From: an uncultured Candidatus Saccharibacteria bacterium
Lineage (GTDB): Bacteria > Patescibacteriota > UBA1384 > XYA2-FULL-43-10 > 1-14-0-10-43-13
Assembly (NCBI GenBank): GCA_964406145.1
Contig: CAYOQP010000007.1
Location: 1 to 40,051, forward strand
Length of the DNA: 40,051 nt
Reading direction: 5' to 3'
Position 1 is the first letter of the stretch. Every line of letters begins with the position of its first letter. Under the pieces are notes generated by a model. The model was not told where the DNA came from and did not search any database. It saw only the letters and a program-made list of their open reading frames with translations. Shown in pieces: positions 24,694 through 34,471 of this stretch. Both the position numbers and the translations under genes were made by a program.

Positions 24694-27651
24694 CTAATTT
24701 GCCCTAGAAAGACCAAACCAGATTTTCTGTCCGTCTATATCAAATTCTTGCTCGCCTTCGGACGACAACCTCTTATTGATAATTTCTTTGGCCAAGACCT
24801 CTTTGGTAATAAGATCGTTCATTCTTTCCATGGTTTTATTGAGATCCGGCGATTGTGTTTCAAAATTAACGATTATTCGATCTTCGACACGAAAACCACT
24901 GTTCTTGCGAAGTGATTGAATATTTCTAACAATTTCTCTGGCAGAGCCCTCTGTTCTAAGTTCTTCAGTGATATCTGTATCAAGCACGACACTTTCTTGA
25001 TCGGAATTTTTGCCATGTTCAACAATTTTGACATTGACCTCTTCGGCAATAATTAATTCCAATTCCGAATTCAACTTTTTCCCAAAATATTCCAATCTTC
25101 GTAATGGTTGCCTGACCTTAATGTTGTTAGCTGCTCTAGCTGAAAGGCCAAGCTCGACCATTTTTCGAGTCTCGCCCATTTCAAGATTTAATTCTTTATT
25201 TATTAAATCTTTATTCGACACAGGATATTTTTCCAAATGAACTGATTCTTTACCGGTCAGATTTTTATAAATTTCTTCAGCAATAAATGGTGTAAATGGC
25301 GCCATCAATTTAGAAAGCTCAACCAACACAGTCCAAAGTGTTTGATAAGCGTTCTCTTTATCGGAATCACTTTCTGATTTCCAGAAACGCTTACGCGAGC
25401 GCCTGATATACCAGTTAGAAAGATTATCTATAAATGGAGCAAAAAGTCTCGATGTTTTGGTCAAATTATATTTTTCCATGCCATCGTTTACTTCCTTGAT
25501 CAGAGTATTTAATTCGGAAATGATCCATCGGTCGAGAATGTTTCGACTTTCCACTTTCGACTTTCCACTTTCGACTTGATTTGGCTGCCATTTATCAATA
25601 TTGGCATAAAGCGTGAAAAATGAATATGAATTCCAAAGCATTCTGAAGATTCCACGATGAATCTCATTCATGTCCTTTTCAGCAAAATTAAGATTTTCTG
25701 CCTGCATTACAGGAGAAGTCAAAAGATAATAACGCATCGTATCTGCGCCGTACTTATCAAACATTAGCATCGGATCTGGATAATTTTGTAAGCGCTTGCT
25801 CATTTTCTTGCCATCTTCCGCCAAGACAATTCCGTTGACTATGACGTTTTCATACGCTTTGCTTCCCTTGATAGCAGTCGCGATAACATGAAGATAGTAA
25901 AACCAGGCTCTTGTTTGATCAACTCCCTCGGCGATGAATTCTGCTGGGAAAGTTTCACTAAATTTTTCTTTGTTTTCAAAAGGATAATGAAGCTGAGCAT
26001 ATGGCATCGAACCAGAGTCAAACCAGGTATCAAGTACATCGGGAACTCGACTCATCTCGCTATGACAATGCGGACAGGGGAACTTAATTTTGTCGACAGT
26101 ATCTTTGTGTAGATCGGTGACTTTTTCGCCACTGCGCTCTTCCAATTCAGTAATGGAGCCAAAAGTAACAGTCTCGGCGCACTTATCACATCGCCAGATC
26201 GGAATAACAGAGGCCCAGTAACGTTGTCTTGAAATGGACCAATCTCTGGCGCCCTCGAGCCATTTACCAAAACGGCCTTCCTTAATATAAGCAGGAGACC
26301 AATTGATGTCTTGTGCTAATTTTATAGCCTCATCCTTGATTTTCAAAATATCGACAAACCAGGAGGTCGTGGCATAATTCAGAAGAGGTGTATCGCAACG
26401 CCAACAGTGAGGATAGGAGTGCTCATATTTTTCTTTTAAGAACAGTAGACCTTTATGGGCCAGATATTTGATAATCTCAACATCAGTTTTCTGAACATCA
26501 TCGGCTGGTTTGACATTCATACCAGCAAAATCATCAGCTTCTGACTTAATAATGCCGTCCATACCAACATGTTGGATAAAGGGTAGATCATTTTTCTGGC
26601 CAAGTCTCATATCGTCTTCGCCGAAAGCAGGAGCGATATGAACAACTCCAGTGCCATCTTCGGTCGTAACAAAATCTGCCGAGCAAACCCTCCAACCGTT
26701 ATCATGATTTTTAAGGTTTTTATCTTTTGAGTAATAATCAAATAGCGGCTCGTATTTTAGACCAACCAAATCTTGGCCCTTAATGTCATCGTGAACAATC
26801 TCAACCGTTTGATCTTTGAACACATCCTTGATTCGATCTGTTGCGACAATATAAAGATCTGGCACATCTTTTACTCTTAAGGCCGAATAATTAATGTCCT
26901 TGCCAACCGCTAGAGCAACATTGCCAATCAGGGTCCATGGAGTCGTGGTCCAAGCCAACACATATGCGGAATCCTGAGTCTGATATTTGCCGTCTTTCCA
27001 ACTTTGTCCTGGTTTCAGATGAAATTTAGCAATTGCGGAAAGATCTTTGACATCCTTATAACCTTCAGTAACCTCCGATTGAGATAAGGTCGTCTCGCAA
27101 CGAGGACAAATATGCATTGAGCGGTAGCCTTCATATATTAAGCCCTTGTCATAAAGCTCTTTGAAGACCCACCAGACTGATTCCATATAATTGAGATCCA
27201 TGGTTTTGTAGGCATTCTCCATGTCGGCCCAGCGTCCAAGTCTTCGAATAACCTTCTGCCAAACTGAAACATATTCTAAAACTTTAGAACGGCAGGCGGC
27301 GTTGAACTTCTCTACGCCAATCTCTTCGATTTGTTTTTTATGAGTAATTCCTAGGTCTTTTTCAGCGATATTCTCGATTGGCAAACCATGGCAATCCCAG
27401 CCCCAAACACGTGGCACATAGTGACCTTTCATCGTCCAGAAACGCGGTACGACGTCTTTCATCGTACTAGCAACAATATGACCATAATGAGGCGTCCCTG
27501 TGGCAAATGGAGGCCCGTCATAGAAGCTATAGCGAGGGCCGTCCTTTGTCTTTTCTAAAGATTGCTCAAAAATATTTTCTTTATCCCAAAAAGAAAGAAT
27601 TTCTTCCTCTAACTTTGGCAGGTCCATTTTCGAGTCAATTTCTTTAAACAT
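24694..27651 (-). CDS. ileS: Isoleucine--tRNA ligase, type 2 (archaeal/eukaryote-like)
   Basis: DGPPFATGTPHYGH, WTTTPWT, DWSISRQRYW, KMSKR, NWYIRRSRKRFW; type-2 C-terminus. Confidence 0.97.
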   Translation of the reverse strand: MFKEIDSKMDLPKLEEEILSFWDKENIFEQSLEKTKDGPRYSFYDGPPFATGTPHYGHIVASTMKDVVPRFWTMKGHYVPRVWGWDCHGLPIENIAEKDLGITHKKQIEEIGVEKFNAACRSKVLEYVSVWQKVIRRLGRWADMENAYKTMDLNYMESVWWVFKELYDKGLIYEGYRSMHICPRCETTLSQSEVTEGYKDVKDLSAIAKFHLKPGQSWKDGKYQTQDSAYVLAWTTTPWTLIGNVALAVGKDINYSALRVKDVPDLYIVATDRIKDVFKDQTVEIVHDDIKGQDLVGLKYEPLFDYYSKDKNLKNHDNGWRVCSADFVTTEDGTGVVHIAPAFGEDDMRLGQKNDLPFIQHVGMDGIIKSEADDFAGMNVKPADDVQKTDVEIIKYLAHKGLLFLKEKYEHSYPHCWRCDTPLLNYATTSWFVDILKIKDEAIKLAQDINWSPAYIKEGRFGKWLEGARDWSISRQRYWASVIPIWRCDKCAETVTFGSITELEERSGEKVTDLHKDTVDKIKFPCPHCHSEMSRVPDVLDTWFDSGSMPYAQLHYPFENKEKFSETFPAEFIAEGVDQTRAWFYYLHVIATAIKGSKAYENVIVNGIVLAEDGKKMSKRLQNYPDPMLMFDKYGADTMRYYLLTSPVMQAENLNFAEKDMNEIHRGIFRMLWNSYSFFTLYANIDKWQPNQVESGKSKVESRNILDRWIISELNTLIKEVNDGMEKYNLTKTSRLFAPFIDNLSNWYIRRSRKRFWKSESDSDKENAYQTLWTVLVELSKLMAPFTPFIAEEIYKNLTGKESVHLEKYPVSNKDLINKELNLEMGETRKMVELGLSARAANNIKVRQPLRRLEYFGKKLNSELELIIAEEVNVKIVEHGKNSDQESVVLDTDITEELRTEGSAREIVRNIQSLRKNSGFRVEDRIIVNFETQSPDLNKTMERMNDLITKEVLAKEIINKRLSSEGEQEFDIDGQKIWFGLSRAN
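25541..25577. repeat. Heptamer tandem repeat TTTC(G/C)AC x5 inside ileS
   Basis: tttcgac tttccac tttcgac tttccac tttcgac tt; encodes QVESGKSKVESRN. Confidence 0.85.
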
Positions 27652-27712
27652 ATTGAGTAAACATTAGCACATTTAAGATTGAGCGACAAGATAAAACGCA
27701 ATAAAATTGAGA

Positions 27713-28129
27713 TTATTTAATCCGTCGAAAAACATTTAGAATAAACGCTAATAGGCCGACTATTATGCAGATATCAGAAAGATTAAAAAATGGAATTCCC
27801 GGAATCTTAAAATAATCCAGAACACCGCCGTAAATAGTCCTGTCAATTATGTTTGCAGTTGCTCCGGAAAAAATCAGAATAAATGAAGTTGCAGTGAAAA
27901 ATTTCTTCAGAAATAATACAAGTAAAATTACGAGAAACAATGCCGAAACATAAATCGAAGAAACATTATTACCCAAAAGACCAAAAAAAGCAGCGTCATT
28001 AATTGAGGCAAACTTTTTTGAAGCAAATATAACAAAATGGACAATTTCCAACAGAACCGTGATGACGGCGGCAGAGAGAACTGTTTCTGGCCAATGACTT
28101 AGCCTATTTTTTTCTTGCACGATACGCAT
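27713..28129 (-). CDS. lspA: Lipoprotein signal peptidase II
   Basis: GATANIIDR, VLDY and FNLSD catalytic Asp motifs; start uncertain. Confidence 0.85.
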   Translation of the reverse strand: MRIVQEKNRLSHWPETVLSAAVITVLLEIVHFVIFASKKFASINDAAFFGLLGNNVSSIYVSALFLVILLVLFLKKFFTATSFILIFSGATANIIDRTIYGGVLDYFKIPGIPFFNLSDICIIVGLLAFILNVFRRIK

Positions 28130-28431
28130 ATTTGAGCAAACGGCATTATATCTAATCTATCTTTCTCAATTAGACCCTGACACTTTTTGCAGATTCCATA
28201 AGTCTGATCATCGATTGATTTTAGGGCAGTTTTTACTTTTTTATAGATATTTTCCAAACTATCTTCTGCTGACATTCTGTTCTCGTAATCAATAAGCTCT
28301 TGGGTGTTGTCATCATCCATCCCGCCATAATTGGGATATTTTTTAAGATCCTTCATTTGTGATTCGAGTCGCTCTTTCTCGGCAAGAAGTGCTTTTTTCT
28401 GCTTTTCGATAAATTGTTTAGACAATGGCAC
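28099..28431 (-). CDS. DksA/TraR C4 zinc-finger protein
   Basis: Coiled coil followed by TYGICKKC..IEKDRL..MP....CVSC. Confidence 0.9.
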   Translation of the reverse strand: MPLSKQFIEKQKKALLAEKERLESQMKDLKKYPNYGGMDDDNTQELIDYENRMSAEDSLENIYKKVKTALKSIDDQTYGICKKCQGLIEKDRLDIMPFAQICVSCKKKIG

Positions 28432-29158
28432 TTTTCCTCCTTCCGATTCTTTTTTTATTCAAAATGACTATCACTAAAGCTCCAAGACCTAATAATAGGC
28501 TAACTAATTGCCCTAGTCCCAAATTGAAAAAAACCACTTCTTCTGCTCTCCAGAAATCGATGACAAATCGGCCGAAACCATAAAGAAGAAGAAATAGAAG
28601 GGCAAGACTTCCATCTTTTAGATTTTTAGCCTTCTTGTATATAAAAAGAAGTAGACTAAAAATAATAACAAGCAAGAATCCTTCAAATAAAGTTACTGGC
28701 AAAACGCCATTTATAGCCAAAAAACTATTGGAAAATCTACCAGAATATTCTCCGGCCATTAGATTGCCAATCCGCCCAAGAAAAAGACCAATTGAAAAAG
28801 CAATTAGAGAAATATCTAGCCATTTTGTAATATTTTGCTTTTGCGACTTCAGAAGCAAAACAAAGGCAACAGCACCAAGAAAAAAGCCACCATATGAAAC
28901 CATGCCACCGTTCCATAAATAGAATATTTCACTGAAAGAGGAAAACTGATAACGATACATAAAGAAATAAACCAGTCTTGCTCCAACAATTCCGGCTAAA
29001 ACAGAGTATATGATGTTATCAAGGATTAATGAAGTGTCTAGTTTTTCTTTTTGAGCCAATTTATAGAGAATAAAACCACCCAAAACTATGCCCAAAACCG
29101 ACAATAGCCCATGCGTATAAAATGTCAGTGTCCCGATTTTAAACAGTATCGGATGCAT
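28418..29158 (-). CDS. lgt: Prolipoprotein diacylglyceryl transferase
   Basis: MHPILF, GARLVY, GGMVSYGG, GRIGNLMAGE.G, YGFGRF..DFWR; GAGGTG SD before ATG 29158. Confidence 0.92.
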   Translation of the reverse strand: MHPILFKIGTLTFYTHGLLSVLGIVLGGFILYKLAQKEKLDTSLILDNIIYSVLAGIVGARLVYFFMYRYQFSSFSEIFYLWNGGMVSYGGFFLGAVAFVLLLKSQKQNITKWLDISLIAFSIGLFLGRIGNLMAGEYSGRFSNSFLAINGVLPVTLFEGFLLVIIFSLLLFIYKKAKNLKDGSLALLFLLLYGFGRFVIDFWRAEEVVFFNLGLGQLVSLLLGLGALVIVILNKKRIGRRKSAIV

Positions 29159-29242
29159 CCGCCACCTCTCTTTTAATATCTTCTCACGTTCATTATACAT
29201 TGCTGTTGACCATGACTGTCAAGTATTGGTAAGATAATACAG

Positions 29243-29938
29243 ATGATTGAAGATAATCCAAACGAAATAATTTCTAATTCAGAACAGCTCAATAATCTCA
29301 CTGCCGAGCTAAACCCAGCCAGGGATTTCTGGAATTTTTTGTTGGATCTTTTGAAAACTGGCGTGATAGTTTTCGTTATTGCATTTTTGCTTCGATATTT
29401 TGCGATTCAGCCTTATATTGTTGAAGGTATTTCCATGATGCCAAACTACGAAAACAGAGAATACCTCCTAGCGGAGAAACTTTCTTACTCATTTGGCCAA
29501 CCGAATCGTGGAGATGTTGTGATTTTCAGATACCCCAAGAATCCAAGTGTTAATTATATAAAGAGAATAATTGCTCTTCCTGGCGAAAAAATTAAAATTG
29601 CTAATAACGCCGTCACAATATATAACACTAAGAATCCCAATGGAATGGTGCTGGACGAGACTTATATACCAACAAATTCTCGCACATATACTTCTTACGA
29701 GAACGGCATATTAGAACAAAGCCTAAAAGACAATGAGTATTTCGTCATGGGAGATAATCGTGAAAATTCCTCTGACTCTCGAGAGTGGGGTGTATTACCT
29801 AAGGGCAATATCGTTGGTAGATCTTGGCTAACTTTGATACCAATAAGACGAGCTGGTTTCCATAGCCATCATACGTATTCAAGCATTATTTCACCAACTC
29901 TTCAGAAGATAAAATTAGCGTTTTCGGGTCTGAAATAG
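29243..29938 (+). CDS. lepB: Signal peptidase I
   Basis: GISMMP (Ser), YIKRIIALPGE (Lys), GDNRENSSDSR. Confidence 0.95.
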   Translation: MIEDNPNEIISNSEQLNNLTAELNPARDFWNFLLDLLKTGVIVFVIAFLLRYFAIQPYIVEGISMMPNYENREYLLAEKLSYSFGQPNRGDVVIFRYPKNPSVNYIKRIIALPGEKIKIANNAVTIYNTKNPNGMVLDETYIPTNSRTYTSYENGILEQSLKDNEYFVMGDNRENSSDSREWGVLPKGNIVGRSWLTLIPIRRAGFHSHHTYSSIISPTLQKIKLAFSGLK

Positions 29939-31243
29939 ATCTATAAATATTGGCGTCCCGTTCATCGGAAAAACGTCGCGAAGCTTGTTCTCTAAATACC
30001 TCACTTGAGTAAAATGAGGTGGCTCTTTTCCTGTGTATGTCAGAGAAAATATTGGCGGATTTGTACTTTTCTGTCTTAAACTTTTAAGACCCGTCAATTG
30101 GAAATTACTATTCTTGGCATTATCTAAAACCGCTTTGAGATCATCTTCAGATATTTCAGTATGACGATTAGCGTCAACAGTAACAACTTGGTCAAGAAGA
30201 TTTTTTATGTTTGTCTTGTCTGTGGCAGAAATAAATACCGCCGGTAACCATGGAGCAAAATTTAACTTTCGACGAAGTTGTCCGAGCATCATGTGCTGAA
30301 AACTTTCAGCATCTTTGACGGTGTCTATCTTGTTAATCGCCAGAATTATACCCTTACCCCATTCTTTGGCCTTGCCAAGAATATTAGCATCTAGCGCAAC
30401 AAGGTCTTCGGTCGAGTCTATAACCAAAACAGCAACATCGGACCTTCTAAGGGCTTGTTCAGTTCTTAAATTACTATAAGATTCAATACTATCTCTCTTA
30501 ACTTTGCCTGGACTACGAATTCCGGCTGTATCAGAGATAAGAATTTTTTTGTTCTTATGTAAAAAAAGAACATCAACAACGTCCCGAGTTGTTCCGGCCT
30601 CACCCGAAACAACAGCGCGTTTCTGGCCGATGATTGAATTTAGTAATGTTGATTTACCGACATTGGGACGACCAATAATAGACAACCTAATATCACAATC
30701 AATGTTTCTGTTATTTTTTTTATCAGTTGTTTTGTTTTCTGCTAATTTTTTAACAATTAGATCGAGCATATCACCAGAATTTGATCCGGAAATTGCTGAA
30801 ACAGGAATTATATCAAAATTGCCAAGTCTCCTAAAAACATCGAGGTCTTTTTGTCTTTCAATATTATCAGCTTTATTAACAACCAGTATCACCTTTTTGC
30901 CAGATTTTTTCAGTTTTAAGGCGATATTTTTATCAACTTGATTTTCTTTATCGTGCCAGTCAACTAAAAATAAAATTAGATCAGCCTGATCAATGGCAAT
31001 CTCAATTCCCTCTTGAATCGATTGATCTATTTCCTTGCTGGTCCCCTTTTCTAGACCAGCGACATCTAATAAGTCAAAGTTAACTCCACACCAAAAAACC
31101 TGACCAACTAGTCGGTCTCTCGTTGTGCCAGCGATTGGTGACTCAATGGCAATTCTTTTCCCAACTAATCTATTGAAAAGAGTAGACTTCCCAACATTCG
31201 GCCTGCCAATTAGCGCAACAGTTTTAGTATCTTTTTCTTCCAT
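29915..31243 (-). CDS. der: Ribosome biogenesis GTPase Der/EngA
   Basis: Two G domains, each with GRPNVGKS, GTTRD and NKxD. Confidence 0.96.
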   Translation of the reverse strand: MEEKDTKTVALIGRPNVGKSTLFNRLVGKRIAIESPIAGTTRDRLVGQVFWCGVNFDLLDVAGLEKGTSKEIDQSIQEGIEIAIDQADLILFLVDWHDKENQVDKNIALKLKKSGKKVILVVNKADNIERQKDLDVFRRLGNFDIIPVSAISGSNSGDMLDLIVKKLAENKTTDKKNNRNIDCDIRLSIIGRPNVGKSTLLNSIIGQKRAVVSGEAGTTRDVVDVLFLHKNKKILISDTAGIRSPGKVKRDSIESYSNLRTEQALRRSDVAVLVIDSTEDLVALDANILGKAKEWGKGIILAINKIDTVKDAESFQHMMLGQLRRKLNFAPWLPAVFISATDKTNIKNLLDQVVTVDANRHTEISEDDLKAVLDNAKNSNFQLTGLKSLRQKSTNPPIFSLTYTGKEPPHFTQVRYLENKLRDVFPMNGTPIFIDLFQTRKR

Positions 31244-31338
31244 ATTATAATAATAACATAAAAATGATCTTTAGGCAAGTTAAAATGACTCAAAATGGAA
31301 CAAATTGGAAAGTCGAATTTTTATGCTAAGATAGCCTT

Positions 31339-33276
31339 ATGATTATCGATGTAATACCCGAAGTAAAAACACATGCTGTCGACTTTTTTTCCTATTCTGT
31401 CCCCAAAGAATTAGAGAATGAAATTTCCGTTGGTCAAATTGTCAAAATTCCATTTGGCAAAAGAAATATTCGAGGAGTTATTAAAAAAGTTGGTTCTGAA
31501 TTTGATTCAAAAATTGAATTGAAAGAGATTGCTGCGATTACTGACTCAAAAATTCCTGAGCAATATCTAGAAATAGCAAAGTGGATATCAAAATATTACC
31601 TCTGCACACTTGGAGAGGCCATTGCTCTTTTTTTACCGCCAGAAATGAAAAGACCCAGAGGCAATGACACAGAAATAACGAAAATAAAAATTAACCATTC
31701 TAGAAAATTAACTAGGGAACAGGAAGAGATATTCTTGGCTCTGAGAAATTCTAAGAAACCCGCCCTGATCCACGGCGTAACCGGATCGGGTAAAACTGAA
31801 ATATATATAGAGCTTGCCAAAGACACATTGTCACAAGGCAAACAAGTTATAGTCTTAGTGCCAGAGATTATCCTTACACCTCAAACCGTTGAAAGATTTC
31901 AGGAAGTTTTTGGCGATCTAATCACTTTGATGCATTCACACTTATCAAAATCAGAAAAATATAATTGCTACAGGGAGTTTCAGGCCGGCACAAAACCAAT
32001 TATTATTGGACCAAGATCGGCTCTATTAGTACCCAATGAAAAACTAGGCCTTATTATTATTGATGAAGAACAAGAGGATTCATACAAGCAGGAGCAAAGT
32101 CCGCGCTATCATGCTGTTGCTTTGGCAGAAAAAATTGTCGAAAAATTTAATGCACTTCTGATTCTGGGAAGTGCTACTCCAAGAGTCGAAACTTATTACA
32201 ATGCCAAGATCGGCAAATATAATTTCTTCGAAATTAAAAACAGATATCTAAAAGAGAGTTTACCCAAAGCTAAAGTAATAGATCTAAAAGAAGAAATAAA
32301 ATCCGGTAACTTTTCCACCATTTCGGCTTTATTAAAAAGCAGGATTGAAGAAAATCTAAAAGACAAGAATCAGATTTTGCTCTTCATCAACAGGCGCGGA
32401 AGTTCAACCTTTGTCTCCTGCCGAGACTGCGGCCATGTTATGATCTGTAAAAATTGTTCGATTCCTATGGTCTTCCATCTGAATAGCAAAAATGACGAGC
32501 TTGCCTGCCATCACTGTGATTGGAAAACGCCGACTCCCCAGATTTGTCCAAATTGCAAAAGTCCAAGAATCAAATACTTTGGCAGTGGAATAGAAAAAAT
32601 TGAAAAAGAGATAAAAGAGATTTTCCCGCTAGCAAAAACATCAAAAATCGATTCTACCACCATAAAAACAAAGACTGATTATAATAGCTTCTATAGAGAT
32701 TTTAAAAATCACAATATTGATATCGTTATTGGAACTCAGATGGTCGCCAAGGGCTTAGATATCCCCGGGGTTAATCTGGTCGGTATCGTATCGGCTGACA
32801 CTGGTCTCCATCTTCCTCATTACAAAGCAAGCGAAAGATCTTTTCAGCTTCTAACTCAGGTTTCTGGCCGGAGCGGACGCAGAGAATCTATCGGCGAAAC
32901 AATCATACAAACATATTGGCCAGAATCTTTACCGATTTTAACCTCATCAAATCATGATTTTAAAACTTTTTATGAAAAGGAAGTCGGAGAAAGAGAGAAA
33001 TATTCTTACCCGCCATTTAAAAAGCTGATCAGAGTTCTATCGGAAAATGAAGATGAAACGAAAGCTTTGAAAAACCTCCTGAAATTAAAGGAAACACTTA
33101 AAGATCATAATATAGATTTTATCGGTCCAGGAGCTTGTTTTTATCAGCGCCTTAGAGGGAAATATCGTTTTCATATTATTATAAAAGTTAAAGTTCTCCC
33201 ATCAGACACAATTGAAACGATATACAAAAAATATCCGGAACTAGTCTGGGACGCAGACCCGACAAATCTGCTATAA
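31339..33276 (+). CDS. priA: Primosomal protein N'
   Basis: GVTGSGKTE, DEEQ, SATP, four CxxC pairs, GTQMVAKGLD, QVSGRSGR. Confidence 0.97.
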   Translation: MIIDVIPEVKTHAVDFFSYSVPKELENEISVGQIVKIPFGKRNIRGVIKKVGSEFDSKIELKEIAAITDSKIPEQYLEIAKWISKYYLCTLGEAIALFLPPEMKRPRGNDTEITKIKINHSRKLTREQEEIFLALRNSKKPALIHGVTGSGKTEIYIELAKDTLSQGKQVIVLVPEIILTPQTVERFQEVFGDLITLMHSHLSKSEKYNCYREFQAGTKPIIIGPRSALLVPNEKLGLIIIDEEQEDSYKQEQSPRYHAVALAEKIVEKFNALLILGSATPRVETYYNAKIGKYNFFEIKNRYLKESLPKAKVIDLKEEIKSGNFSTISALLKSRIEENLKDKNQILLFINRRGSSTFVSCRDCGHVMICKNCSIPMVFHLNSKNDELACHHCDWKTPTPQICPNCKSPRIKYFGSGIEKIEKEIKEIFPLAKTSKIDSTTIKTKTDYNSFYRDFKNHNIDIVIGTQMVAKGLDIPGVNLVGIVSADTGLHLPHYKASERSFQLLTQVSGRSGRRESIGETIIQTYWPESLPILTSSNHDFKTFYEKEVGEREKYSYPPFKKLIRVLSENEDETKALKNLLKLKETLKDHNIDFIGPGACFYQRLRGKYRFHIIIKVKVLPSDTIETIYKKYPELVWDADPTNLL

Positions 33277-33293
33277 TTCAATAAGAATAATTA

Positions 33294-34460
33294 ATGGATA
33301 AAGATATGAAAATTGCAGTTACTGGCGGCGCTGGCTATATCGGTAGCATCACAACAAAAGAATTAATTAATAATGGATATCAAGTTGTTGTCATCGATAA
33401 TCTAGAAAAAGGACACCAACAAGCAATAGACAAACGTGCAATTTTTGAATTGGCCGACGTAGGAGACAAAGAAAGGACAGCAGAGATTTTCAAAGAACAT
33501 AAGATCAACGCTGTCATTGATTTTGCGGCTTATATTGCTGTCGGTGAGTCAATGGAAGAACCCAAGAAATATTTTCACAATAACGTCGAAAACTTTGTGA
33601 ATCTATTGGATTCGATGAAAAAGAATGATGTCAGTCTTATCATAAAGTCATCAACTGCCGCTGTTTACGGAATACCAGAAAAAGAAACTGACCTCCCGCT
33701 CAAAGAATCCTACATGACAACTTACAAACCGAAAAAATCGTCACTGTCTGGTGGCAAATGGAAAAATCGCGATGTCTTAAGCGATGATTTTTTGGGTGAA
33801 TTTCTTGATTATTATCATCAAATATTTATTAAAAGACCAGAATTGGCCCTAAAGGAAGATGAAATTACCAAACTCAAAATCCCAACTTCAATATACGGTC
33901 TAACCAAGCTCCTTGACGAAATTATTATGAATAAGTATGATAATGTGTCCGGATTAAAAGGAATTGTTCTTAGATATTTCAATGTTGCTGGCGCAGATCC
34001 TTCTGGAAATTTAGGACAAGATAACGACAATCCGACACACATTTTTGCTAATGCAATATTTCAAGCACTTGGCAAAAAAGATGAATTAACTGTTTTTGGC
34101 CAAGACTATAATACAAAAGATGGGACCGGCGTTCGTGACTACATACACGTAAATGATCTTGCGACTGGCCATGTTAAAGCATTGGAATATCTGCTCAGAG
34201 AGCAAAAATCCGACACAATTAATCTTGGTACGGGCCAGGGATATTCAGTGATCGATGTTATCAAAGCGGTCGAAGAAGCAAGTGGGAGAAATATTAAATA
34301 TAGATTCGGAGAAAAACGTTCCGGAGACGTTCCAATTCTATTAGCCGACCCGACAAAAGCCAAAGAGATATTAAAATGGGAAGCCAAATATTCTCTTATT
34401 GATATGGCTAAAACAGCCTGGAAATGGCATAGTTCACACCCTCGTGGATATGAAAATTAA
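33294..34460 (+). CDS. galE: UDP-glucose 4-epimerase with an internal insertion
   Basis: GGAGYIGS, SSTAAVYG, YGLTK, LRYFNVAGA, DGTGVRDYIHV. Confidence 0.92.
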   Translation: MDKDMKIAVTGGAGYIGSITTKELINNGYQVVVIDNLEKGHQQAIDKRAIFELADVGDKERTAEIFKEHKINAVIDFAAYIAVGESMEEPKKYFHNNVENFVNLLDSMKKNDVSLIIKSSTAAVYGIPEKETDLPLKESYMTTYKPKKSSLSGGKWKNRDVLSDDFLGEFLDYYHQIFIKRPELALKEDEITKLKIPTSIYGLTKLLDEIIMNKYDNVSGLKGIVLRYFNVAGADPSGNLGQDNDNPTHIFANAIFQALGKKDELTVFGQDYNTKDGTGVRDYIHVNDLATGHVKALEYLLREQKSDTINLGTGQGYSVIDVIKAVEEASGRNIKYRFGEKRSGDVPILLADPTKAKEILKWEAKYSLIDMAKTAWKWHSSHPRGYEN

Positions 34461-34471
34461 GGAAATAAAAT

